This document shows positions 12,319-24,300 of a stretch of DNA of 64,000 bases, in pieces; within the stretch, counting starts at the first letter, position 1; each line of letters begins with the position of its first letter. The notes beneath the pieces were generated by a model, which made no database searches, was not told where the DNA came from, and saw only the letters and a list, made by a program, of their open reading frames with translations. The position numbers and the translations under genes were made by a program. The DNA is taken from contig NMRA01000918.1 in the NCBI GenBank assembly GCA_002633005.1, positions 27,999 through 91,998 of the forward strand, in the 5' to 3' direction. Source of the DNA: Phoronis australis. Its lineage: Eukaryota; Animalia; Phoronida.

Positions 12319-15300
12319 GTACGTTTATTGTAGTAGTGGTGGGGAAAAGTTTTTGTACGCAGTGCCTGTGGACTTCCTAAATTCATGAAGTGAATTTGAC
12401 AAAAACGATGGTTTCTCGTTTTTGTCTTTGCCCGGTTGAAGGCTGCAACTGCCGATTGATTCTGATTTCTGAAATGCGAGTCACCATACTAGTACTTGAT
12501 GTAAAGTGAGCTGAGGTACTAGCGCTTTTCACATTAAGAAAACAATGTGATGTGAAAGCGGAGAATTTATTTTGTCAAAATTCTCTGTAAAATTTAATTT
12601 TAGGAAATTTTACTGTATTTGTGTCACGATTTGTTTGTACAGTTCAATTATGATGTTACGTACACTAACTTGTTATCAAATTTTAATCACCGATGGCAAT
12701 ACACGTAAATCTTCGGAAAATGAAATGAAAGCGCTCCGAGGAGCGAACCTTGGCGAAATTAACCAAAAAGATGACGATAAAGATGATGACGAAGATGACG
12801 AATATGACGACGATGGTGGCGAGGTTGAACAAAAGAAGTAATAACAACATACACATGACGAACGTAGAAGTCCGAAATCAGTAAGAAAAAGGATACAGTC
12901 TTGTGCGACACTTGGCGAAATTAACGGAAAAGACAACGACGGAGATGATGACGAAGATGACGACGATGATGACGAATATGGTGATGGTGGTGGCGATGAT
13001 GAACAACATCACAACATTCATATGACGAACTTAGATGTCATAAATCAATAAGAAATAGGCTACAGTCTAGTTCAAAAGAGGATATACCAACATCAATGCA
13101 GCAAGAGCGCTCAACAAAGGAACAGCGTTATCAGAAAATCTCAAATAACTCGAAAAGTAGACGTCCTAGCGAAAAATGGAAAACATCTTCTGAAAGCCCG
13201 TTCAAAATTCTATCTAAACAGATGGTATCGCCTAATTCCGTAAATTTTTCGAAAAAAATGAAATTTTGCTTATTTTTTAAGAAATTCAAAGTCAAATAAC
13301 TCGAAAACGGTAAGTCTGAGAAAAAAATTGTTACAGTTCATTTGAAAGAGTATACCTTAGAGAATCCACATGCAAAAATTCACGTCTTTTCCTTCACCCG
13401 TTTAAATAGCATCTACGTACGACTGAAAATAGGTCAACATGCACAAGATCCGCCATCTTGAATGCAACTTCCGGTTTTTTGGGTTGATATAATAGCATTT
13501 CACAAAAAACTAATATCCGTAAAACTTCAAAGGAATTGGCCTTATAGTGCGCCCTCTACAGGAGAAAACGTTTTTAGGCCAAAATTGAGGTGCGCATGCG
13601 CGATCGCCGATATTTCCGCCATCTTTAATCGGAAGTAAACAATTTCCGGTATGCTTGTAGCAAACTTCCGGTCCACTTACTGTGCCGATTCTTAGCCTTT
13701 TACGTAAAAAATTGTAGCCTCCAGAAGCATTTGAACCTTTAAATGAAAACAAAATGGCCGCCACAGCCGCCATCTTGGATCCGATTTTGACGAAAAACAA
13801 TAGGCTTCCAGTACTTCCGGAAGTACGTGTTGTGTGTAAATTTCGTGATGATCGGACGAAAATTGCGACCTGTATCGTGCGAACAAACAAAAAAAAAAAA
13901 CTTAGTGGAAGAGCAACATACTTGGCGAAATTTATTTCGCCAAGTAAAAATGGAAATTTTGGCAATTAAATTCAGAGTTAAGAGAGTAACCAGCGTCGAT
14001 GTATTCTTTCAAATGTATAGTAGTTTAGCAACGAATTTGCCCAATGACTGTCAAGTATTTAGTTTCTAATACGACCAGGAATTTAGCAAGCCCTTGGTCG
14101 TATATTCTGAAAGTGACATAAGTTTTACCTTCCTGGCACCCCAAATATAATTCTGTGTCCGTAAGCTGAAAAGAGCCAGTGATGTCATCATGGGAATTAG
14201 GACCAGTATAGTTAAGCCTGTTTTTCACACAGTCTTACTTTGGTTGACACTGACATCATTCATTCTGGGTGCCCTATAAGCCGTAGAAATTTATAATTGA
14301 GGCTGGGAAAGTAGGCCCGTGTTCCTACATTGACCTCTGGTAGTTCTTCACTTATTTAGAACACAATATGGCAGAGAAATGAAATCCATTTTTTCCACAA
14401 AGTTAAGATTAAGAAAAAAATTTAGTCTGTTGCTAGCATGGTTTGTACTGTGTAGATGTCATCAAACAATTTTTGCTGAATTTCCTGTTATTTGCAGTAA
14501 AGTAATCAGTCTTTGATAAACGAAATATTTGGCAATTGTTTTTGTACTAAGTAAACGGAGCATTACAGTATCTACCGTGAATGTAAGACTCGTCATAGTG
14601 ATGTTATGACTGTACAACTGAGATATACTCTGGGCCATTATTGCATTCTCCTTTACAGCCCCTTGGCTCTGGTCTTCGTAGCAAGATGCGACACAGCAGC
14701 GGCTCCAAGAGTCGGATGCCGAAGGTGCCACGACCCGGTAGAGCCTCCGTTATGTTCAAGGCTATAGCTGATGGCATCAGGTAGGCGCTGTAGAACTGAA
14801 CTGAATGCAATAATCTTGCCAAAGCACCAAGATAACGCCCCGAATTACTAGTGAAGCGTGTGATCGTGTTAGATTTTCTCCTGAATGTTTTGGGTTTACA
14901 GAACACAGCTGTGTTTTGCGCTCTGAAGGACCTTGATATGCTGGGTTTCCTTCTGGTGAGGACTTATCTGGTGATGAATATTTATAAAACAGTTATTAAA
15001 TGGCAAAACTAGGATTAAATACAGATACCGAGCTTCAATATAATGTTTTCAGCATTAGATAGAGGGGATTAAAATCTTACTTAGTTTCATCACACAGAAA
15101 TAAGATTAAAGTGTACTTTTATTATGGCTTCATTTGCTTCCATTTCGTCTGCATTGTTTTATTCATCTTTGCATATGCTGAGGTAATCCTTATGCTGTAA
15201 TATTCAATTTATTTTAACATTTTGTATTTTGTCTGTTACGCTGATTGTAAACCCATCGATCGTGACTTTTCTCTTCAGTTTTACGTCTATAGATAGAGAT

Positions 15301-18300
15301 AGTAAGTTAGTCAATAGAGAAATTGATTCTGTGGCAGTTTTATAGACTAGATGTTGTGAACAAACACTTGTGGAGCCTGTTCATGTACAGACTGGGTTAC
15401 TATACAATTCCTCACCTAGTGAGAGGTTTTAGCAACCTGTAGTTAATAAGCGTTTGCTCTGGGTGTTTTGGTTGACATTGGTGCCTTCAACTACATTTAA
15501 TTAACAGTGATGTTATGTGTAGTGGGTCTGTTCAGTTGGACTTTGATAGGGTCCTTGTAAGATGGATCATGTGTGTGTTGACCAGTTGGACTAACAGCTT
15601 TGGTTAACAAAAGGTGCTTGTATGTCTGTCTGTCTCACTAGAGGTCGCCCCACATGGTGACACCACACCGCTAACTCTGTTCAATGTGGGTGGTCTGCTT
15701 AAAAGCTGTCAAAGCCTTCCATTTCTTGCAATGGATGTTTTCTGCAACAGTTGCTAATTTCACTCCATTTCTTCCCAAAACCACTATTACGTTACCATTT
15801 TAAGATTCTTGAACATGTTCTACAATTCCGTCCCAAAATGTTGCACGGCCGCGTGGTCATACATGTTATGGAGAGGTGTTTTCACAAACAGTGATTGTTT
15901 ATGTCTCACAAGTCGCCAATAACCCAATTTTTTTAGTTTTCGACATTTGGACGTATGGAGTTATGTTCTGTGGCTAGAAAAATGAGGAAGAAAATGAAAA
16001 AATGGTCCGAAAATAAGTAGATTGGACACATTGATGATCTTTTAGGCAATTAGTGGTCGACGTTATCCAAGGCCTGATTGTTCAGGCCTACACTGATGCT
16101 GTCTTGTGTTTCCTGTGTTCATGTTGGCATGGACCTGTACATTTCCCAAGGGGCACTTAACATTGCCAGCCAATGGGCTAAGACGGTTGGCTTAGAGATC
16201 AGTAGCAGTAAGAGAACATTGAAGCTGTGTGATACTGAACTCCCATTACAGGATAAGGTGGCTTGTCTAGCCGTAATTCTCAATCATCGCCGTTCACCTT
16301 GTGTGCTGGACAAAATCACCGAGAGTCCAAGTTTGAGTCAAAAGGGATAGTATCCAGTGGCGGATTTATAGGGGGGCCAAGGAGGCCATCCCCCCGCCAA
16401 AATTCTTCCAGATCCCATTTAGCATTTTGGGGGTGGCTAATACTCTGCTGTGGCCCCACTAACTCAAAATCCTGCATCTGCCCCTGGTATCTTCATCGAT
16501 AGACTTGATTTCTACCAATAGATGTACTAAAACTGTAGAGTTATTTACTCTGTGCATAGACTCACTAACTCTATTGACAGAGGTAAGTTTGGAGAATAAT
16601 GTCACATGTTTTCTTAGTAGATTTTGAACTTAAAATGTTGATGTGGATGATTGGATTTCTTTCAGAGAATACATCTTTGTTACTCAACAAGACATAGACA
16701 GTCTGCAACATTCAGAGGAGGACGACTCTTCTATCGCATCTGGAATGCAGGTAGGCTGTGTGGGTAGGCGTTTGGGTTTGGCTCTGTAGTAGATAGGTGA
16801 TTTATGTCATTTATGTCTTAAGAAAGGGACACTGAATTTGTTCGATAATGGAAATACGGTAAAAAAAATCAGTTCGGGATACAATGGGGCAGATGAGTGA
16901 AGTTAGATTTTGTCAACCTTTTTAAAAAAATGAGTCTTGTGAAAATTTACTTTGTTGACGGCATGGTTTGCACAGTTGGCTGTCATCAGATAATGCTTGG
17001 AGAAACTTTAAATAAGAGAGTGACGGCAATTTTTCAATAATTATATTTGTCCAAAATTGAGAGTTTTACCGTTTGTCTTGAAGATTTTCAATACGTGTCG
17101 CAGACATTTCACATCAATACTTGCATTAATTGCAGTGTTGTACAGAGGTGCCAAGTGAATGGGTCTTTCAAATGCACAAGTCCACACTTGAATATTTGTG
17201 TTGTGAATAGTATCTTATAGTTATAGCTATATTGAGCACTGTTAAGACAATGACATCCCATTTCACTCCAGGGCAAATGTTGAATGTTAAGATTGAATTT
17301 TGCTGCGTGTCTCAAGAAATCAAGTCGTAAAAGTTCTTGTTTTTTATGTGTCTGTATGTACTGTGGTGGGGATAGTGTTCAGAAATGTTATTTTTGGCCA
17401 AATAAACCACTTTTAACTTTGAAGGTGGCCATATTTGACCCATCTAAGCAGCGCTCAATATTACGTAAAGCTAGAGGTTCACTTCTTCTCGAAGAATTGT
17501 TCTACATCAGCTATAAAATCATTTCCTTTCATTTTCAACTCCTTATTCTATGTGGTCCCCAACGTTGTGTACCACTCTGTTGTAAGTCTCCCAACATCCC
17601 ACACAAGGTAGCCACAGTTTCTCTGACTCATCCACTGCACCAGACAAATCTCTCATGTCTCTCCGTGGTTGTCCAATCACATCGGTCTATTTCATTGTCA
17701 CCTACAGGCCCGCCACCTAGAGTGCCGTAAGGTAATTTGGCATGTGAACTGAACTGCTTGCCAACTCGCATGCGCTGGTTATTGGTATGAGCCTGCGACT
17801 GCATGAGCTCGGCTGCTGGGTGAATTTCCCAAATAAAGCTACGTGCTCCCGAGAAAACGTTTACGCTGTCACTACTGTGATGTCACCATCAGACCTTTCC
17901 TAACTTTCATGGAGGCAGTGTTTACTTTTGCGTTGTGAATTACGCAAATTAGTATGATTGTATTTAGTTTGAAATTTTGGCCAGACTGGTCTGTGATTTT
18001 CAAAGCAAATGGCTGGTTGGTCTCAAATATCTTGACCAATAGGAAAACTATACTGAGTTTTACTCTGGCCTAGTCTCCGTACATCTAACATGCCACAAAA
18101 GGTATTGGACTACCGGAACTTTTTGTAAAACAGTGTAAAAAAAATTATATTTTACTCTCTTAATGAAAACTCTCCTGTCCTCTCGCCATAGACGGACCCC
18201 GCTTCACCCCCGTGGTGGTTCCCTTCCAATGTTCTATCCACTCTTGCATGTCCTGTTCTATCCTGCTTACTGCGGAATGCCAACAGTTTGCGTGTTCTTT

Positions 18301-21300
18301 TTGTTGCTAAAAATATAATTTACCACTTATCTGGGACATATGTGAATGTTAAGTACAATGTCGTTGGGCCTAATTAATTATGCGTGCATTTTCCTTTTAA
18401 GAATGTCACAGTGTAACATCTATATTTTTATGTCATTCCGGTTGTGTTAATCTCTAGTTGGTCATTGTGAATGCTCACTCATGTGGAACGTCATTCCGCA
18501 GTCTTGTAAGCATTATTACGTATCGGACAAGAGACAAGTAATTAGCCTTGAAACGTGTCTGTGATCACGGATGATTCATGTTTTCAGTAAAAATTACATC
18601 AAAACCCTTGACTTGCTCTTTAATTGTGTTGATCACTTATTGCTTTGCAGACTAACCATAGCCACTGGTAGTGTGTTGTACATTGAGAACTGTTATTAAG
18701 CTGCTGTCGGAAATGGGAAATTTCGATTTTGTGTGTACGATTTTTAAAGTTTAGTTTTTGAATGTCCATTCTATGAGAAGTTTTGTAGGTTTTGGTGAAA
18801 CAAGTTCAGTACTTGTTTTCGTTTCCTTAAATTTCCATCATTTTTATTGCAGCGCTTGAAAGCTGCTGAACGGTACAAGAAACGACTTGAATTTCACCTG
18901 GCCAAGGTGAGTAGACATGTATAGTCATCTGTGAGTGAGCGGCGTCATGGTAAGGCGTGCACACAGCAACATTTTCCCGGCTTTAATCCTCCAGGGCCCA
19001 ATTGCATAAAAGTTATACACCCTATAGCAACAAGACATTGCATTATCACGCATCTCGTCCTTATTGTTGAACAATGCACCTGACGTCATGCAACAATCAA
19101 ACTTATATAGCGGATAACTTTTAAAGGTTTATACAACTCAGCCCAGGTGGTCACTGATATAGGTGGTTTCTTGTAAATCCACCAGAGGGCGTTGGCATCG
19201 GCATGCTGCTTCCATTGCTGCTTGTCGATCCTAGTCAATCAACTGACAATTAGCGCTTCCTGTACTTTGTATGTATCAAAACTGAGAAAAGCTTGTGTAC
19301 ACCACTTACATAAATTCTCTGGGGGCAGTACCATCTCAAGAAAAAAGAGACTAATCAAATTGTGATAATTGTTAAGTCAAATTATGAAAACACTCGTTAG
19401 CGTACAACTAATGGCCATATTCTTTGACTGTGCATCAAGTTTTACATTAGTCCTATTGTGCCCTATGTTATTAACCTTAACAGTAGTGTCTCAGTCTATT
19501 CCCTTGTTCATGCACCAGTGGTTATACAACATGTCAGCTGATCTCTTGAGCACACCATCTTAATGATACTTGTGACACTGTGGTACGTGTTCTCTGCAAG
19601 GCTTAGTTCAACTAACCTGCAAGTGTCATTCACAGGACACAGTGTCTCAGTTTGACCAAGTGTTCTTATCTGCTCAACAGTTGTTTGTTTTACTTATGTT
19701 ACAGCACCATGTAAACAGGCCGGGTAATTGAAGGCAGTTTTATGTTTTGAGCCCAGACTACTTGACATTGCATTGCATGAGACAATTAGGATGATGCCTC
19801 AGGAAAACTATGCTGTTGTAAAACATGCTATATTTACATAAGGCCATGGTCTGAAAAGCAAACTGATACATTTTCCATAAATTTTATACGCCCTCATATA
19901 TATATATGTGTGTTTGTGTGCGTGTTATGTTGTAGCATATTGCGGTCTCTTTGACCAGGTGTCCACTCTATACCTCAAAAACCCTGGTCAGTGACGAAAT
20001 GTGGTGCAAGGGTGTAAGGCATCACAAGAACAGTTCATGCCGTTTTTAAATTTGCCCCACCCCCTGGGGTCAGAGAGGCGTGGCTTTTTCTGTATTTTTT
20101 GGGTTAAGAAAGTTTCTAAATGATATCTAGAGAACAGATTTCAATGAAACTTGACACAAAGGTGTGTGGCGTCAATGCACTGGCATGATTAAGTTTTCAG
20201 GCAGATTCGACTTCTGCAGCACCTCCTAGTGGCCATTTTGTTCTTGACAAGGTGCTTGTAAGTGTTGTTTAGGGGAAGAGTGCTACCGGATTATATCCAG
20301 AGAAGTGATTGACAGATTTCATTGAATCATGACTCAGCAGTAATTGTTGACAATGCGCGGTCCTTTTAATTTTCGGGCTGATTCGACTACTACAGAACCT
20401 CCTAGTGGGCCTTAGAAACATATGCGATGCACCTTGCGCGCGTATCAACACCCCAGTATTGCTCTTGTTAAAAACGCGATGACGTCAGATGTAGTGCCGT
20501 GCTCTTTTTCGGCTATAAGGTGTCAAAATTAATAAAACATTGGTTGGCTGAAACCATTGTTTCAGGTGGAAGAGTTGAGCGACTGTTATCAGATTCAGAG
20601 CCAACTGCGTGATGGGGTGCGAACCATGGCGCAGGCGTACGCACAGTCACCTGGCAAGCAACGGGAGTCACTGCACAGTGTCAAGTGTGGCTATCGTGAG
20701 TGTACACAGACAATGTGTGCCATAGAGGCACAGTTGGAAGAACTGATGGGAACATTTCAATGCAAAATGAAAGGTAAGAGACGGGGGTCACTTAAGGTGT
20801 ATTTGCTGCTTAAATTCATGCTGATAGCTTTGACAAAGTTGTCGGGTTTGACATACTGTTATGAAGTGTTGCCATTAGGTAATTGCTTTAGTACTAAAGG
20901 ATAAGCATAAAATGACAGTGCCGTATTTTTATTGGGAGTTAATTGGATTGCTTAGTTATCATTTTGAAACAACTCCAATGGTCGAGAGGCACTGCCACCA
21001 GTGCCCGTGTTCCATGACCCAAGACATTAGCCATGTTCTTGGAATTAAAAATCTTCACTTCTAGAATGGAAACATCAAATTCTATCCCATAATTCATGAA
21101 TTCTATCCCATAATTCAACATTCCAGCCTTGCCGACCAATCACTTCTGTTCAGTGGTTGCGTGATCTCTCTTTTTGCAAGATTCTTGGGTCATAAATAGA
21201 ATATAATTATCGTGGCAGAGGTACAATAAAAATTGGCCATCACGACTTACAGTGGTGAAGTTTTAGGCAACCAGTTAGCAAGCAGTTCAGCAGTAAATAA

Positions 21301-24300
21301 TCAGCCTTAATAACAGTCAAGCAAGCCATTGCAGTATATACAGGTGAATTTCTGTAAACTGACTTTCCTAACTTTATATTGATTTTAAGAAAATGGACCT
21401 TCGCTTCTAAGTTCATAGTCGGTTTCAATGCAATTATAAACCCATTCTTTTTTCCCTTCCCAGTCAAACTTTTTTCAATGATTTGCCATCAAGCATCCTA
21501 CACGTCATATGTCTGTCTGTCTCCCTGCAGGCATGGTGGGTTTCGCACGTGTCTGTCCTGGGGATGTGTTCGACGTGTCCATCCGTCACGGTGCCCAGAA
21601 GTGGAAGAGTCGTGGCAAGGTTGCCAAGATGGGCGGACAGTCGTGGAGTCACGACACGCAGACATTCAAGGCACTTCTGGGCAACGTGTTTGCCATCAAG
21701 GTAGGATGATTGTTGTGCAGGATGACAGCAGGTAGTAACAAGGGCAATTTCCTGTCGGAGAAGTGTACCAGCGTAAATTTGCCAAGTGCAAAATGAAAGC
21801 TTCTGCAAAAACATTGCTATTTCGACTTGCTTTAATGACAGGACATTGTTTGTATCATTGATTTCAGAGAATGTTTGCGCAAAATGACCTCTGTGTGGGT
21901 GTGAGTTTGGTGGGTGTGGGTTTGGGTGGGTCAGGTCTTTCTTATATGTGGGTGCATGTGTGTGTTCATATCCACTGGGATCATATCAATGTTCTTTGCT
22001 TTTCCGCATTGTCTCGCTAAACTTTGATCCAAAATGGACAATTTGTGAATTAAAAGGCATGATTTCTCGTTCAGAGAGACGCCTTCAAATGACCCACCAG
22101 CTGGTTAACTAATGCAACATTCATTGCAGGTGGTGGAGAGCCGAAGTCTGAAGTCGGTGGTTTTAGGGGAGAAGTGCTGCGAGACTAAAGACCTGTTTTC
22201 TGCTCAGCCTCAGTTAATGACTGTGAATGTGAACGCATCGGGAACTCTGAAACTGAGTTTTATCGTCAACTGGAAGTAAGTGTTTGCATGCGTCACGTAT
22301 TGTTGAAGACAAGTTTCTTGGTGAAGTGTGAACGTTAGAATTCTTTGTGTATTCCGTTCAAAATGCTGTGGGCGAGTGAAATTTTATTTTGGTATGGTAA
22401 AATTTCAACAATATCTCGTGTTTCCTTTTAGCCCATTGGATGGCTGTGAAGAAAAGATGACCTACTTCGAGCCACCGCAGCGCTCCCAAGTGTCCAGTAG
22501 TTCGCGCAGGGCTATCTCTATGTACTTGGAGCAGAGTCCAATCTCGGAGGTAGATGGGACTGGCCACGCAAACAACAAGTCACGGCCGTTCTCTTTTCAC
22601 AGCGGACTCTTGTACGATCCTACCGCAGAAAACTCGGGGAGACTACGAACTAAAAGTGCAGAAAATATAAATAAAATTGTCAACAGGCCGAACGGTGATT
22701 CAGACCACCGTCTTAGTATGAAATCCAGTACAAGCAGTGAAGGACTGTACACCACTGTGTCCAACGATTCGTCGGCAGTGGCGGAATCTACAAAGGGACA
22801 TTTGTTGAAGATGCGAATGTTGGCAGATTCGATTGATACGTCGGAGTCGCGCGACGATGTCTTGAGCCTCGAGGAGGCGTTGAATAACCTACGGACGACG
22901 TTGGAGGACTACCAAGGACACTACACAGAACTACGTCAACTGGAAGAGCAAATACAGAGGCTGAATGAACTCGTTCTGGTAAGGAGAAGTATCTGTGTTG
23001 GTTTCTCAGATCTCTACTTTCAGCAATTTATGTAGGTTGAGGTTGAGGTAGAAAGAAGGTGCCCAAATGTTCTTGAAATGGGACGCCCCAAGGTAGAAGG
23101 CACATTTCCGAAACAGCGGTCAATACACCTTTAAATTTTTGGGTCGCCAATAACTGTCATGTGATTGGTTACTCATTGTTGTACTTCACTAAGCACAATT
23201 TGTTGTTCTCAATTCATGAGCAGATAATTCAAGTATTTTCTGATGCTGTTTCTATTGAACATTGGTAAGTAAGTGGCTAATATCAAGAAATGTTATTTGT
23301 GGGCACTTAAGAAACTTTTTTACTTAGAGCAGGAATCCTTAGAAAGTGAAATTGTATAAACGACTCATTTGCAGAAATCCAGCGAGCTGGACGAATCCTC
23401 GACAGATCCGGTTGGGACCAGTTATGATGACGCGACACTGACACGTTCCATTGAGACAGTGATTGATGCATTTGATTTCCTGGACACTGTGGAAACCGAA
23501 GAGGGGGAGGAGTGCAGGCCACAGAGGTAACCATGGCGACGGGGTCTCATTATAGAATAAATAGAGGAAAGGTTTTCAATGTATACTTCCAGGCTTTTCC
23601 CAACTCAAAAATGTTCACATTCAAAAAATTTGATGTTGTGTCGAAAATGTATTCCATCCATTTATTCGCATTGTAGCAACCTCTATTATTACAAATATGG
23701 AACTTTTTGCTGACATCATTCTTAGGTAAAGGATACAGACAATTGTGAAATTCCAATCCAATCAAATGTAATGGAGCGCACTTGTTAACGTGTTGACAAT
23801 CATTCAGGAGTTAATTACAGAGACTAGTGACGCCCTCACGCACACGCTCACATCATCTGCATACGTCAACTGTTTGGGAAGGATGTCGAACAAATTTTAT
23901 CTTAAAAGAACTTGTATTTATAGAACTCGTTGTCTATCAGCTGTTGCACTGGGTTTGGCCTAAAGTGGTTCATCTTTCAGCTTTATTACTTCCCCAAATT
24001 TCATCTATATTAAAACTCTAGAATATGTCTTTTATTTCTGAATTTTCTGTTTTACATGATGTATTGAATCAGTTGCAAGTGTGAGGTGTCTGTTCAGACA
24101 GGGGCTTATCATGTTGCTCTTGTTCGCACAGCCCCCCAGCAGACTCTGATGGGCTCGCCAGCCTCGTACGTAGTCCCGAGTCTACGGCCAAGACAGCTGA
24201 CTCTGGCATTGAGTCTCTGGCCAATCAGCTGAGCGAGGATGGCGGGAATGACTCGAGCGTGGATTCGGGTGGCGAGCACATAACGACGGGTAACGAGCAG

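Noticed and set aside
12572-12936. Asp-rich and Ser-rich ORFs
   Set aside because: Translations of the GAT/GAC microsatellite inside a non-autonomous element; no splice or homology support.
13510-14069. Overlapping ORFs up to 151 aa
   Set aside because: Lie within the Helentron-like repeat; no recognisable domain.
18192-18215. Second candidate RIPOR microexon after a pyrimidine tract (catag/acggacccc...)
   Set aside because: Nearest GT donors give 20 or 23 nt (frameshifting) and are weak.
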